Source: the human T2T-CHM13v2.0 reference genome, Homo sapiens. Taken from it: a stretch of DNA of 64,000 bases. Location: assembly GCF_009914755.1 (NCBI RefSeq), contig NC_060930.1, one strand, 5' to 3'. Positions 46,339 through 60,720 of the stretch are shown piece after piece (positions within the stretch are counted from its first letter, which is position 1; each line of letters starts with the position of its first letter). A program made the translations under genes and the position numbers. The notes below the pieces were generated by a model. It saw only the letters and a list, made by a program, of their open reading frames with translations, did no database searches and was not told the DNA's origin.

Positions 46339-46999
46339 TGTTGTTTGTTTGTTTGTTTGTTTGTTTGTTTGCTTTTAAAGCATTTTTTATAAATTCTTAC
46401 CCCTGGTCCAGTACAAAGTCTCTCAAAAACCTCTGTCATTATTCAGAATTGAGAGGGGAACATATTTTCCCTCTTTAGTAACCTTCCAAACAAATGAAGT
46501 CAAAGAACTGTTCCTTTTGGGAATATTAAGAAATGCTGAAGAATTTAGGACAGTAAGTATCAGACATATTATTATATAATCTGGCTGTGTAAGATAGTGT
46601 ATTGTACAAGTGGTATTAATTGATTCACAAAGCTCAAAAATTGGAAATCTTTAGAAGATTAATTAAAATTTATAACACTGCTATACATATATGAAACTTA
46701 GGATCCTAAGCTAGAAGCATTAAGATTATGGAAGGGAAAAGATGATAATGACCATCAGGAATGATGCTGCGGAGACAAGGCTGCTAGAACATCATGTTCT
46801 AAGGCCAGATGGGTGGCCACATTTGAAGCTCCTGACAAAGGAACCCACAATGCTTTGCCTTCATCCTCCATAATAATCTCTGGTTTATTTTCCCCAGAAA
46901 AGTGGAAGGTGGTTCAGGAGAGAGCAAGAAGCTGATCCTCACCTCCATCTCAGAATCTAAAGCAGGCATACAGAAAAATGTAGCTACATTTGGGGGCAT

Positions 47000-47105
47000 A
47001 TTTTTTTAAATTTTATTTTACAGAAACCCTGGACTCAAGCCATCCTCCTGCCATAGCCTCCCAAGTAGCTGGGACTACTATAGGTGTTCCCCACTGCACC
47101 CAGTT
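47000..47105 (-). mobile_element. Alu monomer fragment (FLAM/AluJ-type)
   Basis: cctggactcaagccatcctcctgccatagcctcccaagtagctgggactac. Confidence 0.8.
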
Positions 47106-47589
47106 GGAAGCATTTTTGTCCTGTGGATCTTGGCAAGGATGATGCTCTTTGGCTCTCTGACTACAGTAACACCACCTCACATGATTCATAAAATTATTCT
47201 CTTAAAATATCATTATCTTGGTCCTAAGAAAGGTCCATTTCCAGAGAGATTATTAATCAATTTTTCCTAAATAAGGACAAAAAACCCATTTGTAAGATGT
47301 TATTTTGGTCCATAATTTAAATCTTGTCTCTGGTGATAGTGCAGACTGCCATGATAGTGCAGACTGCACACTCCTCCTTCCTCTCCCTTTTGTCCATTTG
47401 ACTGGGCTGTGTGAGAGTGGAAGTCTAGGGGAAGAAAATGCCTGCTACCTAAGTAGCTAGTAACTGATGTGCATGTAAGAATGCTAAAACTAGCCACAAC
47501 TTTTGCTTTCAGGGAACTAAATCTAACTCACTGTATTCTTATTTTCTTATCCTAAATTTAAATGAAGTAGATGACATCATGTGACCATA

Positions 47590-47800
47590 TCTAAATAGCA
47601 TTTATATGCCAGACTATATTCTCAGTATTTTATCATCTTATTAATATTAACATATTCTGCCTCATAACAGCCTACAAGGTAGGTTCTCTTATTATCCTCA
47701 TTTTAGAAATGAAGCAACTGTGGAAGCATGGGGAATAAATACCTTACCAAAAACTTTGAACCCAGGCATTTGGTGTCACCAATCCATGGTTGTTAAATGT
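47590..47800 (-). mobile_element. MIR
   Basis: tatatgccagactatattctcag...cctcataacagcctacaaggtagg...attatcctcattttagaaatgaagcaactg...tttgaacccaggca. Confidence 0.75.
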
Positions 47801-47871
47801 CAGGATATGCTGCGTCTGCTAACACACTATGGCTTTGTCCTATTTTGTTAACATAGACCTAAAATCTTGTA

Positions 47872-48115
47872 TTTACAAGTCCAAAATCCAAAACATTCTG
47901 AAAACTACGAGTTTGTTTTCAAGCTCTTTTGACAGAAGAACCAGAAGTTAACTGACATGAAGTGATTTAAAGTCTCTTTTTATCCCAGTTTCTATAAATA
48001 TTTATTGCTTTGCTGCAGAAATTGTCATGTGTTGGCCTAGGTGGCACTGTCCCAGACCCTGCTTGACAAATACTATACTTCATGATATATGCACCAACCA
48101 GCCATTTGAAAATAT
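47872..48115. mobile_element. MER46C-like (TcMar-Tigger) DNA element
   Basis: aaaatccaaaacattctgaaaac...aactgacatgaag...tttatccca...gctgcagaaat...cccagaccctgct...tatatgcacc. Confidence 0.7.
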
Positions 48116-51100
48116 ATTTTCTCCATTCTGAAGGTCAATATTCATAATTCTAAGTGATAACAACCATTATTCATTTTTTCATTAATATTAAATTGTATAT
48201 TTAAAATTTTAACCAAAAAGCAACAAGTATAGTCCTAAAAATAAAGGCTAAGACATGAGTTTGCTAGGATCCAACCTAAAGTGTGCACCTGCTTAATGCA
48301 GATGAGTATTGAATTCATGTTATGTAATCTACCGTTCTGGAATCCCCTGTGAGATGTTAGTGTAATAAAGTAGAAAGCTAGAATTTCAGCCATTATTATA
48401 AAATTTCAGTTTTCTAATCCAAGCTATTTAACTTAAACCCTTAAGGGGACTCATTTTCAAAGAGTTTAATAAAATTTTATATTAAATATACCACACAGAA
48501 CGAAGTTGCATTGCAGACTTGTCTGGTGATTCAAATCCTTATATCCTACTGCTTTGAATCATAATTGCAACAATAAATTCCATGGGACATATTGGAATGA
48601 GTAATGGAATAAGACTTACAGCCTAATGATGCCCACAAATATTCAACAATGTAATCTCAGTTACCTCAAACAGTAACACTAGGGAGGTGGCAAATATTAA
48701 TATCCCTGACTTAAGAATAAGAAATTGGGTGATGACAGCTACATAGTAACAGATGTCTGTCTCCTAAAGTTTATTATAAATCTTCGTTCAATACCTATAC
48801 CACCTACATAATGACATCCTACTGTTCTGCACTTAGAGGCTAGTTCATTGTTAGTTTAAACAATGTCTTTCAGCAGTACACAAAAAAGTGAAGAACAGAA
48901 TAAGGAATTTGATCACCAAAAAGTATGTAGCATCTAACACATCACAATACATAATCCAGAGAAATCTTTTAATAAATATTAATTGAATGAAAAATTGCAT
49001 GAATGGGTCAAAATCTAGTCATCTCTTTCCACTCAGCAACTCCTGCTGCATTCCCCCTTGGCTGAAGCCATGGTAACTTATTTAAGTATCATTTGTGTGG
49101 TACATATTTCATTTAATCCCCGTGACCCTACTTAAGTCCACTAGTTTTATAACTTGTCAAAGAGCCCAAAACTTGTAATCGAAAGATAACAGATTTCATC
49201 CCAGGATTTCAATTTCTAAGCCCTCATTAACACAGCCGGAGTGTGTTTTTCTGAATATTGTTTTGTTTTGTTATGTTTTCAATCTAATTATTTCTTGGGA
49301 AAGTTGACCTTGTTTCAGTGCTTTCGTTATCCTCTCTCCAAAGAACCCTTCCCCTTCCCTTTATGATGCTCCCATAATAAAGACATGCCATTCTTTCTGG
49401 ACTCAGTTCATTCTTTTAGAACACACCTCCTCCTATCTTTATCTTAGCACATGTGTTTTTATTCACTTATTTAATATTGATTACATTTCTTATCTAAGGA
49501 ATATTTTATGAATAAACAAATGATTATATAATTTGAGTATTATATACTATATATGTTAATGTAACATCATACTTTCACTACAACCATATGTTGAAATTTA
49601 ATTATAGCTTTTAATTTTGACATAATTGTGATTCACCGGCAGAATTCCTTCATACCCAACCTTTTATTTACCAGAGCTGCTACCAAAATCAAAACTCCCA
49701 AAGTAGATGAAAAAGAACAAACACACACATTTAACACTCCTTAAATGTCAGCTTTTTAAGAAAGATCTTTGTCTTATTCACATTGTGACAAATTTGGCAA
49801 ATATTAAGCATTCTGTCTTTCTGTATATTACAGTATGCTATAACCTACTGCAGTGGTAAATGACTTGGGAAGGTTAAAAGATACACAAGTAAATGAGAAG
49901 AAAAAAAAACAGAGAAGTGTATACTATTATTGGCTTTGAGATTCATGTATTTGGCCCTTTTAATTCATTCCTTAATGTATATTTTACATCAACCAAATAC
50001 CATGAATTTCCAGAATCTTTACCAGTATTTCCAGTAAAATCTGTTTTATCAGATATAGATACACAAGACTCCATAAAAGCCCTAAACACATTCCCTCTTT
50101 GGTGGTGAAAAAGCATCTCTTAATTACCATATAAAAACAAATAAAACAAGACAAACAAAAAGGCAGAAGGTTTGGCTCATTTAAGCCAGACCCAGACTTG
50201 TTAAAGGGGATAGAAGGACACAGAGTAAAGACACACTGAGATCAGGGGTTAATGCTTTTTTTCCTAGTACCATCCCTTATCTCAGACCAAAAATGACATT
50301 TCTCTCGTGTGAGAATAGAAAGAGTGTTTAGTAACAAACACTTGTGTCAATCAATTTGCTTCTAATAATTGTATTTAAAAGGAGACCACAGCAGCCTGTT
50401 CAAATTCTTACATGTGCTGACCTGTCTAACAAGACCAAGAGGGGGGTGCATTTTGCAAACAGCCATACATAGACTTCACTAATCCCAGACTCTTCTCTCG
50501 TTGTCATTTATGACACACACGTTTTGAAGATTTCCAGGTGTAAGCCATTTAATATCACCATAAAAATGAAAAAAGGAAACTTTACAATGATACACTTTAT
50601 GGATGGAGGTGTAGATCATCCCAAATATTATCATGTAAAATTATTCCATTCAAATAAGTCCATCAACATAGGGTTGTTTATTTATTAGAGCTGATGGTTG
50701 CCAACAGCGCTCTCTAAAAAAATTAAAACAAGTTGCTTTCCTATACCCACACACACATACACAAACTCACAGAAAATAAAACATCAAAACTTCAGCAAAA
50801 CGTATGCATTTTACCACCCAAATCACAAACACAACAATGATGGTAAACACACTTCCTTCTGCTTCTAGGGAGCAGGTTTCTTTGTGTGTACTCCAAACTA
50901 TGTGAAATTACAGAGCTATCTAGAGAAATAGAAAACTCAACTGCACTGCTAGAAGAAGAGAAATAATTTATTATTATATTTTGGTTTAAAAAGTGGTAAC
51001 ATCAAAGCATACAAGATGTAAAATATGAATCAAATTATTCACATCCCATGATTAATGGACTGATAGTGAAAAGAAGCAGAATTGCCTTTATATAAGCACC

Positions 51101-52704
51101 AAACTATGTCCTAAGTGCTCTGAATTGTCAAAGTTCTGCAAAGGTTAAACTCTGTTTAAAACACACACTGAAGACTTTTATTGTTGAGATACAAGTTAAC
51201 AGAAGTTAATGACTGATAGAAGTTGTTTTTTTTTTCCTCCCAAGCAGATATCTCTCTGAATGACTTTATCACTAATAGAAACTGGATGAAATTGTCCTGG
51301 GCTAAATATTTTCATGTCTACATTATCTGAAGAGTAGAATTAATTAACAGAGGATTACAGTTTTATCTATGTAGTGATTTATCTGCAGTTTTAAGGAGAT
51401 GCATTCATGGGCAATCAGTCTTAATCTCCCACACAAGAGCTGTAACTTGGAAGACACAAATAGCAGCAGTAGCTGTAAGGCAAAGATAGCATTCTCCCAG
51501 GAGCCTAGCCAGCTGTTGAAAGAATACAGATCATTGTTTGCTGCTGAGTGCAAAAAATCATTAAGAGATTACTCATAGAATTATTACTAATCTGTGTTGC
51601 ATTGTAAAAGTGAAAAAAAAGCAATGATATCATGTGACTACCAAGATGCATCACTTTCCAAGATATCCTTCGCTAACTAGTCCACCAAAAAACATAAACC
51701 TAGTTCTATAAAGACTTATTTATTGGTCAGTGAAAGAATATGTACATGTTTTCCATGAATGGATAACCATTCCAGAGAGTGTGGCAAACTCCAGATTCCA
51801 GAAGTCTTAAGAGCCTGTTAATACACAGTAATATGTGACCTGAATGAAAGAAAATTGTCTCCCTGAATGTTTTGTTTCAAAGGATAATTTCAATTGACTT
51901 TCAAATTTTCTACAGTTATTATCCTCTTACTCATAAATATTTCATGAATACAGTTTTATAAAGAAGCAAAATCTCAAAGAATTATTAGATAGTTAAATAA
52001 TTGTAATATTCTACTATAACTAAACAAATTGATTTTCAAAATCAATTTAAATATAATGCATATAATTTTGAAAATTAAGACATTTAATTGTTGATTGAAT
52101 ATTAGTTTACTTTAAAAATATAATAGTTTAGAAACAAGAATTAAGCCTTACATAAAGCTCTAAAATTAGAATGAAGTTGGTCTCAAGGTGTTCCTGTTTT
52201 CTTTAAATTAGGCCTAGCAATGAGCTTTCAGTGATTATTTAGAATACTGTAATGATAACAGCTATGCATACCAAGCATTGGTATGAAAATTATATATTTA
52301 ATAATTAAATTAATAACAAATAAACAATTGTAGCAATAAATTAATTAATGAAGGAGTTAATATAATTAATAAATTTTAATTTTTTGTTTCTTCCCTAATT
52401 TGATCCAACAAGGTGGAGCTTCCATTATCTCCCTCATGGTACAGATAAACAATATTAACTTTCTCACTGTCACAGAGTTAGTTATCACAAAGCCAGAGAT
52501 AATATCTAGGTCTTATTACTCCTAATATTCTTTGCATGAAAGTTTCAACTAATAACAACTGCTACATCTGTCTCAGGGCAAAGTTTTCCTATTCCATTCC
52601 AGAACAATGTTTCTGCTTTAGCCTTACTCCCAAGCTCCTATGCTCATTCTTAGCGTGCTCTCTCCTCCTATGCATTTAGTTTCTTCCTTTTTCCTCTACC
52701 TTAA

Positions 52705-52960
52705 GTCAGTGTTGTGGAGACAATAGAACACTGGGAACACACTTGCAGATGAACAAAGTTGGGTGTATTGACTTGTTTCAGCTTGTATTATGAGATGGAT
52801 GCCACAGCAAATCTCAGTAAAAGGCTGTTAGAAAGGACTCATTAGGATTGTTAAGTAATATAGTAGAAAATTCTAAGAGGAAGGGTTTTCCTCTGACCTG
52901 AGTGCTCTTAGGAAGCAGAGGTAAATTAATCATTTGGTATCTTAATATAATTTTCTAGAA
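52705..52960. mobile_element. Possible old ERV LTR fragment
   Basis: Starts tgttgtggaga and has LTR-like composition; family not identified. Confidence 0.3.
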
Positions 52961-54794
52961 GCTAGATGTCATTGTGGTTTTTTTAAAAATGTTTGTTATT
53001 ATGGAGTTAAAAAAAAACCTGCAGGCTAGGTTCCTACAACAGTGGATAGATAAAAAATAGTTGTATTTACTTGACATCTTGTTTATATATTGGTGGAACA
53101 CGTAGCACATATTTGAAGGTTCACAAATTGCCAAGAAATATCAGTGTAATCAAATTTACTGGTTCTTACAAATTTTTTTTAAGTCTTAAAGTCATTAAGT
53201 TATTTTTATCACTGAGGATAACAATGCATTCCGAAGTATACACATAGTTTACTATTGTTTTTATTATGAGCATTTTAGAAAGGAAAAATTATTAAGTGAA
53301 TGTTAGAAGCAAATACACATCTTTTTGAGTTAAACGTTAATATTAAATGTCAAAAATTAGCTTAGAATACCCACAAAGGGTGGTACTTGACTGATTCATT
53401 CTGTATAATGAAAAATGGTTAATGATGAATGAGTATATTTACTACACAAATAACAGATTTCAATGACACTATGTACAAATATTTGAGAATGTTTTGTGTT
53501 TACCTGTAACAACTTAAAATAAAGGCATAACTGTCTGATAGCCATCTTTTGGTCAATATTTAGCTCTTACATTTTCTTTAGTGGAAAAAATCTGTTCCTT
53601 TTACAGATTGTCTGGCAGCTAGAGGTCAACCATTCTAATCTCACCAGATTTCACTAAATGATCTTGTGAATTCTTCTGCTCCATCAGTAAAATAAAACAG
53701 TTTTTAACCACCTTTAGGTGATAGAGGTTACAGTAAGTCTATGTACACAAAAGACTTTCCTTTACATCTTGAAATCAGTGAGTTGATAGTTTATCTACAG
53801 TGAATATTTGTGGTTACATGACAAAAACAGGTCAAAGGTTTTGTGAGTTTTCTTCTGAAATTGCTCAGTGCCTTCTCTAATGACTGATAATTGAAAACAG
53901 AGATTGGGACTATCAAATGTGGTGGGTGACAGATAAGTAGTAGATTAATGCCAATACTTGGTTACAAGACACTAAAAGGTCAGAAGTCACATGAATTAGC
54001 TATTGTGCTACTGTGAAAAGACAGACATCAAAAGTCTATTATCCCCTTTAACAGCTCTTAGCCTAGCTTGAAATCCATTCTCACTTCCTTAGATTATAAT
54101 TTACAAGTAATCTCCATGCCATTTTACATATGATGTCAAAGTGAAGCCACTCACCCTAAGTATATCAATAGTTGGAGTTTGCATATTTTATTTACATAAT
54201 AAAGAAAGTTTGTTTTTAAAAAATCACATTTTTAGTGTATTCAATGTTTATCTTGGTATATTTTAGGAACATTTTATTTAGAAAAAAATAATTATACTCA
54301 ATGAAAAAAACACTTGAAAAAATAAAGAAGTTGACAAGTATATTTTATTTGCTCAATATTTCTCTATGGGGGAAATGGAGTGGGTTTAAGACACAGTTTG
54401 TATAGTTTAAAGGATATGAGGATTTTTATAGCTGAACAAACAAATAAATATCTGAAATCACCCACTTTTAATTTTAAATTGGTATAATATAATAGAGTTC
54501 ACTCAAGTTCAATTTGTGGTTCAATCTGTCATTTTGCAAAAAGACAAACTATGAATTTTTCTGCCAAATGGGTTGCATCAGTGAAGTTTGGTACATGGAT
54601 GTATAATCACAAAGAAATGTGATTATCATATGGAATAATATATAATTAATAGAGACACATTAGTTTTACAGGTTTCTAAGATTAGGAATAAAACTATAAG
54701 AATATATTACATATACACTCTAAAATTAATATAGGAGTAGCTGATGTTCTGTTCTGTTTAGGCAAGAACTGCAAGTGGCCCACGTTTGTTTCCT

Positions 54795-54940
54795 AAGGAG
54801 TGATTATTTGCTTTATGTCTCCCCCGGTAGATTGTAAGCTTGATAACAGCAGCACTTTTGTTTTGCTTACTACCGTACACTCTTCCTTACCTCAATCCCT
54901 AGCACACAGCAGGTATTCATATACATGTATAATAAATAAA
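54795..54940 (+). mobile_element. L2 3' end
   Basis: atgtctcccccggtagattgtaagcttgataacagcagcacttttgttttgcttactaccgtac...cctagcacacagcaggtattca. Confidence 0.75.
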
Positions 54941-56699
54941 TATAGGAATATATGTTGGTTTTCTTGTTTTTTTTCAGATTTTTTTTTATTGTTTCATAAG
55001 GAAGGCTAAATCCAGACTCTGCCATTCCAGTGAATTCAAAAGCAGAACCCCTCAACCATCTACTGTGGCACAGCCCTGCTCATGCCACAAAATAGTATTA
55101 ATATTAGTTCTAATAGTATATATATATTTTTTACTTCCTTCTTCAAAGGAAATTCAAATAAATAGTGATAACTAGACAGAATCCTAATGTCACACATTTA
55201 TTTTCAGTTTCACACTACCTGTGTTGGTACTTAAAAACATATGCTAGTGTAATAGAATCTCTATAATTCTTTAATGAATATATTACTCTTGAGGAAGAAA
55301 AAAAGGTAATTCAAAAAATACATAACCATGCAAAAAAAATAACATTTATCTTATGGTTATTATCAGAATTGTATTAAAGTAATCCACAGAATGAATTACG
55401 CATTGTGAAACACCATATGTGATGTTTTTGAACATAATATGATAATTTCTATATTCTCATTGATTTTTTCTTATGCATATAAAAATATTCCACCAAACTG
55501 TGTATATGTAATATAACCAAATCTTTGGTAACATATTTATAATTTTTAAGCTTCTTTTTAAGGTATTAAAAACATTTGGTCCCTTCAAAAGTATGGTTGT
55601 TTTGTGTGTTTCTTTTACATTTGGTTGTTAGGACTGCTATTATATGTCATAAGTTTCCCTAATATCATCCTTACAAATTAAACTTTACCAGTCTTTACAT
55701 TTACAGTTAGAAACTGGAATACATAATACATGACTTAACATCTCTTTATAGCACATTATTAAAATGGTGAGTTATATGAATCAATGTATTGTATTTAAAG
55801 ATGTATTGTATAATTGGAGAGTTACTTCAGAACATATGTGTATTTAATAAAGATTTAACAGGTGCCAGAATCAATAAAGAAATCACATGATCTTCCTACA
55901 TTTTATTGAATGAGACCACACTGTAATTAGAGTCAAGGGATCCTTAGTGGTCTCAGTTCACAGAGTATTCACATGAACAGTCTCATATTTGGGTTGATAT
56001 GGTTTCACACTCTTGGACTTTTCCTTTGTATTGGGATTTCAGGTCAACCACAAAACTCAGAGCAAAATTCAGCTACGCATCTTTGAGCAGTATCTGGTTT
56101 TGAGTTCAAATATACAAACCCTTCAAGTTTCTTAAGATGCACACCTGGAAACAACAATAAGTCTTTTGAGATTTATGTTAGACCATCTTATTTTAGATTC
56201 AAATTTAATAATTTCCTGAGTCTCCAATCCAATGTTATGTTAGTTATCAGATGATCTGTTTTCTGATGCTTTTGCTGTTAAGTTTGACTTGTTCTTAATG
56301 TTATTTAGTAATCCATCTAACTAACTCATATATACTGTTACATAAAACCTAAATTTACAATAGAAAAGGCTGAATTAAAACAATTTAAGTCACATATTCT
56401 CCAAAATGGTCAGGAATTGATGATATCTACTATCTCCAGAAATGATTGTGTGAAGCAGATACAAGTTTGAGGTTAAAATAAGCAAGTTTGAGTATTAGAA
56501 GTTTACAAAGCAGGTAGATTCTTAGGTTTCTCTTCACATTCTGTGCTTTTGAGTGACTGTTCTTTCCTACATGAGAAGTTTAGACTTTTTTTTTCCTAAA
56601 GAAGGGAAAACAGAGGGTTCTTCACTGGCAACACCAGGCACAGTTAGAGTGTGTTAGCATACTCAAGACAGAGGAACTAGACAAGAATATTCACCCTGA

Positions 56700-57520
56700 A
56701 TGCTAAATTCCCGGCTTCTTTCCCCACTTGGTTGCCAGGATGTCGACAGCTAGGGTTATATCTTCTAGGCAAGAGAATGAGAATCCTCTTTTTGAAATCT
56801 GACAAATCCAAGAGGAAAAGACCAAGTTTCCACAAAATAGCAAAGAAACAGCATCCTAAAGGGAAAATAATACTGACAAGTTCCGCCAATATGCTAAGTT
56901 GCTAATCAGCATTTTAATATCTCACTATTAAATAAGCACAGACAACCAATTATTACCAGATAGCTGAGAAAATTCTCCACCTTGAGATATAAACGTAAAA
57001 ATTGATTTTTTTAAGGAAAGGAACTTGGAGGAACCTACTAAAAAAAACTACTATATTATCCTTTAAGGGCTAAAAGAAATTATTGCATCCATGGAACAAG
57101 TACTAATACAAATCCTATAAAATAGAAATAGAAACAGTCAATGCTAAAACATCTCTTGGAAGTAAAGCAGAAAGTTAATCTCAGTTTGAAAGATTGAATT
57201 GAGCAAATTCTCAAAAAAGAGAGCAATTAGAAGTGGAAAATTAGAAAAGAAGACTTTAAAAAATAAAAAAAAAATGTCCAGAATCAGCCAAATAATAGTT
57301 TCTGGAAAGAGAGATGAAGAAAAAAAGAAAAAGGAAATCATCAAAGAAATAGTTCAATTCACTTATCTGAAGTACAAAAAATTTCAAGACTAAAAACCAG
57401 TGTTCCCAGCTCAGTGGACACACATCGTTGTGAACATTTAGAACACTGGAGGCGAACAGAAGATTTTACAGGCTTCCAGAGACAAAATACAAATCACATA
57501 CATATAAGAAATAAATAAAC
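56700..57520 (+). mobile_element. HAL1 / old L1 ORF1-like fragment
   Basis: aataatagtttctggaaagagag...aggaaatcatcaaagaaata...cacatcgttgtgaacatttagaacactgga...agattttacaggcttccagagacaaa. Confidence 0.6.
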
Positions 57521-58434
57521 CAGAAAGAAGACAAAGACATGGGTAACAGGAGAGAGAAGGTCTAACACAGAGAGAGACAAAAATAATGCTTAAGAAGGGA
57601 GATTTCAGGACAACGGCTGTGCTCCAAGTATAGGAGGCAAATAGTCCGTACTGGAAAGCTATATTAAGGGCTAACATCACAAATATCCCATTTACCATTT
57701 GTACCATCTTTTGAACCTGACAAAGTCTAGGTGAGCAAAGACTTGAACTGTACCTACAAGTAGCTCTCCTGACATGTCTTCATGAAGTTCTTGCTTTCTC
57801 CTCAAAGCCATGCTGCCTCTTGGGTCATTTGAGAACACTCACTTCTCCCCAGTGAATTTTTGTTTTCTTTTTTTCCCTACTCCTGAGAGCTGTCTGTTGA
57901 TCACAATGAGCCTGCAAACTGAGATTGCAGAAAAGCTCACCTCCCCTCACCATGTTTCAGTTGGCTGGACTGTACTTGGGCTTGCCACTTGGCAGATCCC
58001 CCAAATCCCCAGGACAATACCTCCCCAGAAAAGAGTCTTTAAAAACTGTTAGGCAAATTAAGCCAGGATTTTACTCAGAGGCTGTGTTTATCTCGTCCTC
58101 TGAAAGAATCCACTAAGCACCTGTATTTAAATATCTAGCTTTGTGCTTCTCATCTGTTTTAATAGTAATTGGTTTTACATGTACTTATATGTGAAATATA
58201 TTTGATAAAACATGACATATCTAATTGAAGAAAAATTAACTTATCCAAGTTCATAAGTATAGTAATCTGTGGAGCATGCATTCAAATCGGTACCTAACCA
58301 CATCAATGCCTCCTATTAAACGTGCCAGGAGGTTACTGAATTTCTTTTTGAGCTTTATCTTTTTGCTCTGTCACAGTGTTAATGCAAATTCCAAAATTCT
58401 GTGTCTCACTTTTCCTTTGGGTTTTGTTCATTTA

Positions 58435-58756
<322 letters not shown>

Positions 58757-60383
58757 TCAGAGATATTATGAATATCTAACACTAGGGAGCATTTTCAGTA
58801 ATCTGCATGGCATTGACCACAGTACAGGATGTTTAGACTCTGCAAAATGCAAGTGTTATTCCTACAATCACAACTAAGTACAACAAAAATTGCTCTTGTA
58901 TAGAAACAGCCAATGTACTTAAAGTTCTGCTTCATTTTCTCGCCCCTTGATGTGTGTTCACAGCCTCAAATAAGGCATGACTTTGAAAACATATCAACAT
59001 CACTAACCAGCCTATGCCACATTGGTTTTAACACATAGTGAAAACAAAAATTATCTCAAACCTAAGTTGTGCTTTACATGTTTCCAGTTATGACAGGCTT
59101 TATTCTTTTTCGGCTTTTGAAGGAAACCAGCAAAACTTAAAATAACTCTAGGAAGCCATGTAAATAATCATTACACAGAACAGAGCTGACAAGGGTAATG
59201 GAAAGGATTAGGTGAACTCATTTGAAAGAGAAACTGAATGCATCTGAAAGAATGAAGGGCTAAAAAAGCTCATTAATATTTATTACCTAGTAAATTCAAG
59301 CAATATGTAAACAGGACAGCAATCTCTGAAGGATAAAAGTCTGTGTCGTTAACTATGTTAATAGTGGCACAGAAACTAAAGGATATAGTGTCTCTTTTCT
59401 TCTTACCCAAAATCATGCAGGATATCCCATGTTCAATCATGGAATCCTAATGAATTTATAAAGCTTTGGTGTATATTCAGAAGTCCTACAATGTCCAGAG
59501 AGAACCACTAACAACAATGATGATGACTATAAAAATTTTAATAACAGTTATGAGATATTATGCAAAAATCTATAATTTCATTTAATACAATATGTATTTA
59601 GTAAAAGAAAAAAGAGGAAAACAGTTTTCATGTCTATTGAATGATTATCATTTAGCCACCATTTTGGGCACACGATTGGGGAACAAAAGAAGGTGGGAAA
59701 ATGGGGAACAAAGGGTAACTTCCTGCAAGCAATCACCTAATTACCCTCTGAGGTGGCTTGATTCTAGATGAAATATAGGTCATGGAACTAGCATTAGTTA
59801 AATTGAGCATTTTTTCATCTGTGATTAATGTGTTGCTTGTTGAAATTTTAAATTGTCTTGTTCTCTTGAAGTCACTTTAGGGTAGACTTTACTAACAGAA
59901 ACTTCCTTTCCTCGCTCCTTTAATCCTGCTTTTCATTACCCCTAGTTATATTCTGAGAAAAGAATTCAATAATAAAAGTAAATATTACTAATATTATCTG
60001 CATTCGATTGATAAGCAAAACTAGATATTCATGTATGTAACATGCCTTGCCTCTTATCTCTGACATAGAAGGCCATATTTATTGTTTCTGAGGATTCTGA
60101 ACTGACTCAAAGGGAACCTTGCACTCAGCTGCTTTCATGTTTGTTTGTTTGTTTGTCTTTTCAGGCCAATATACATTCATTTAGATTATGGCTATAAAAA
60201 TTTAACTATCATTTTATTAAACTTTTTCATATGGCAGATACTATACTAGCTGTCAAGGGAATACACGCCATCCTTTCCCCCAAAAAAGTAAAACTCATAA
60301 TTTACAAACCCTCATTGACTTAACTATAAAAATAAATAAAATAACATGTTTAAATGGACAGAAACAGATTCTATATGTGCTTA

Positions 60384-60720
<337 letters not shown>

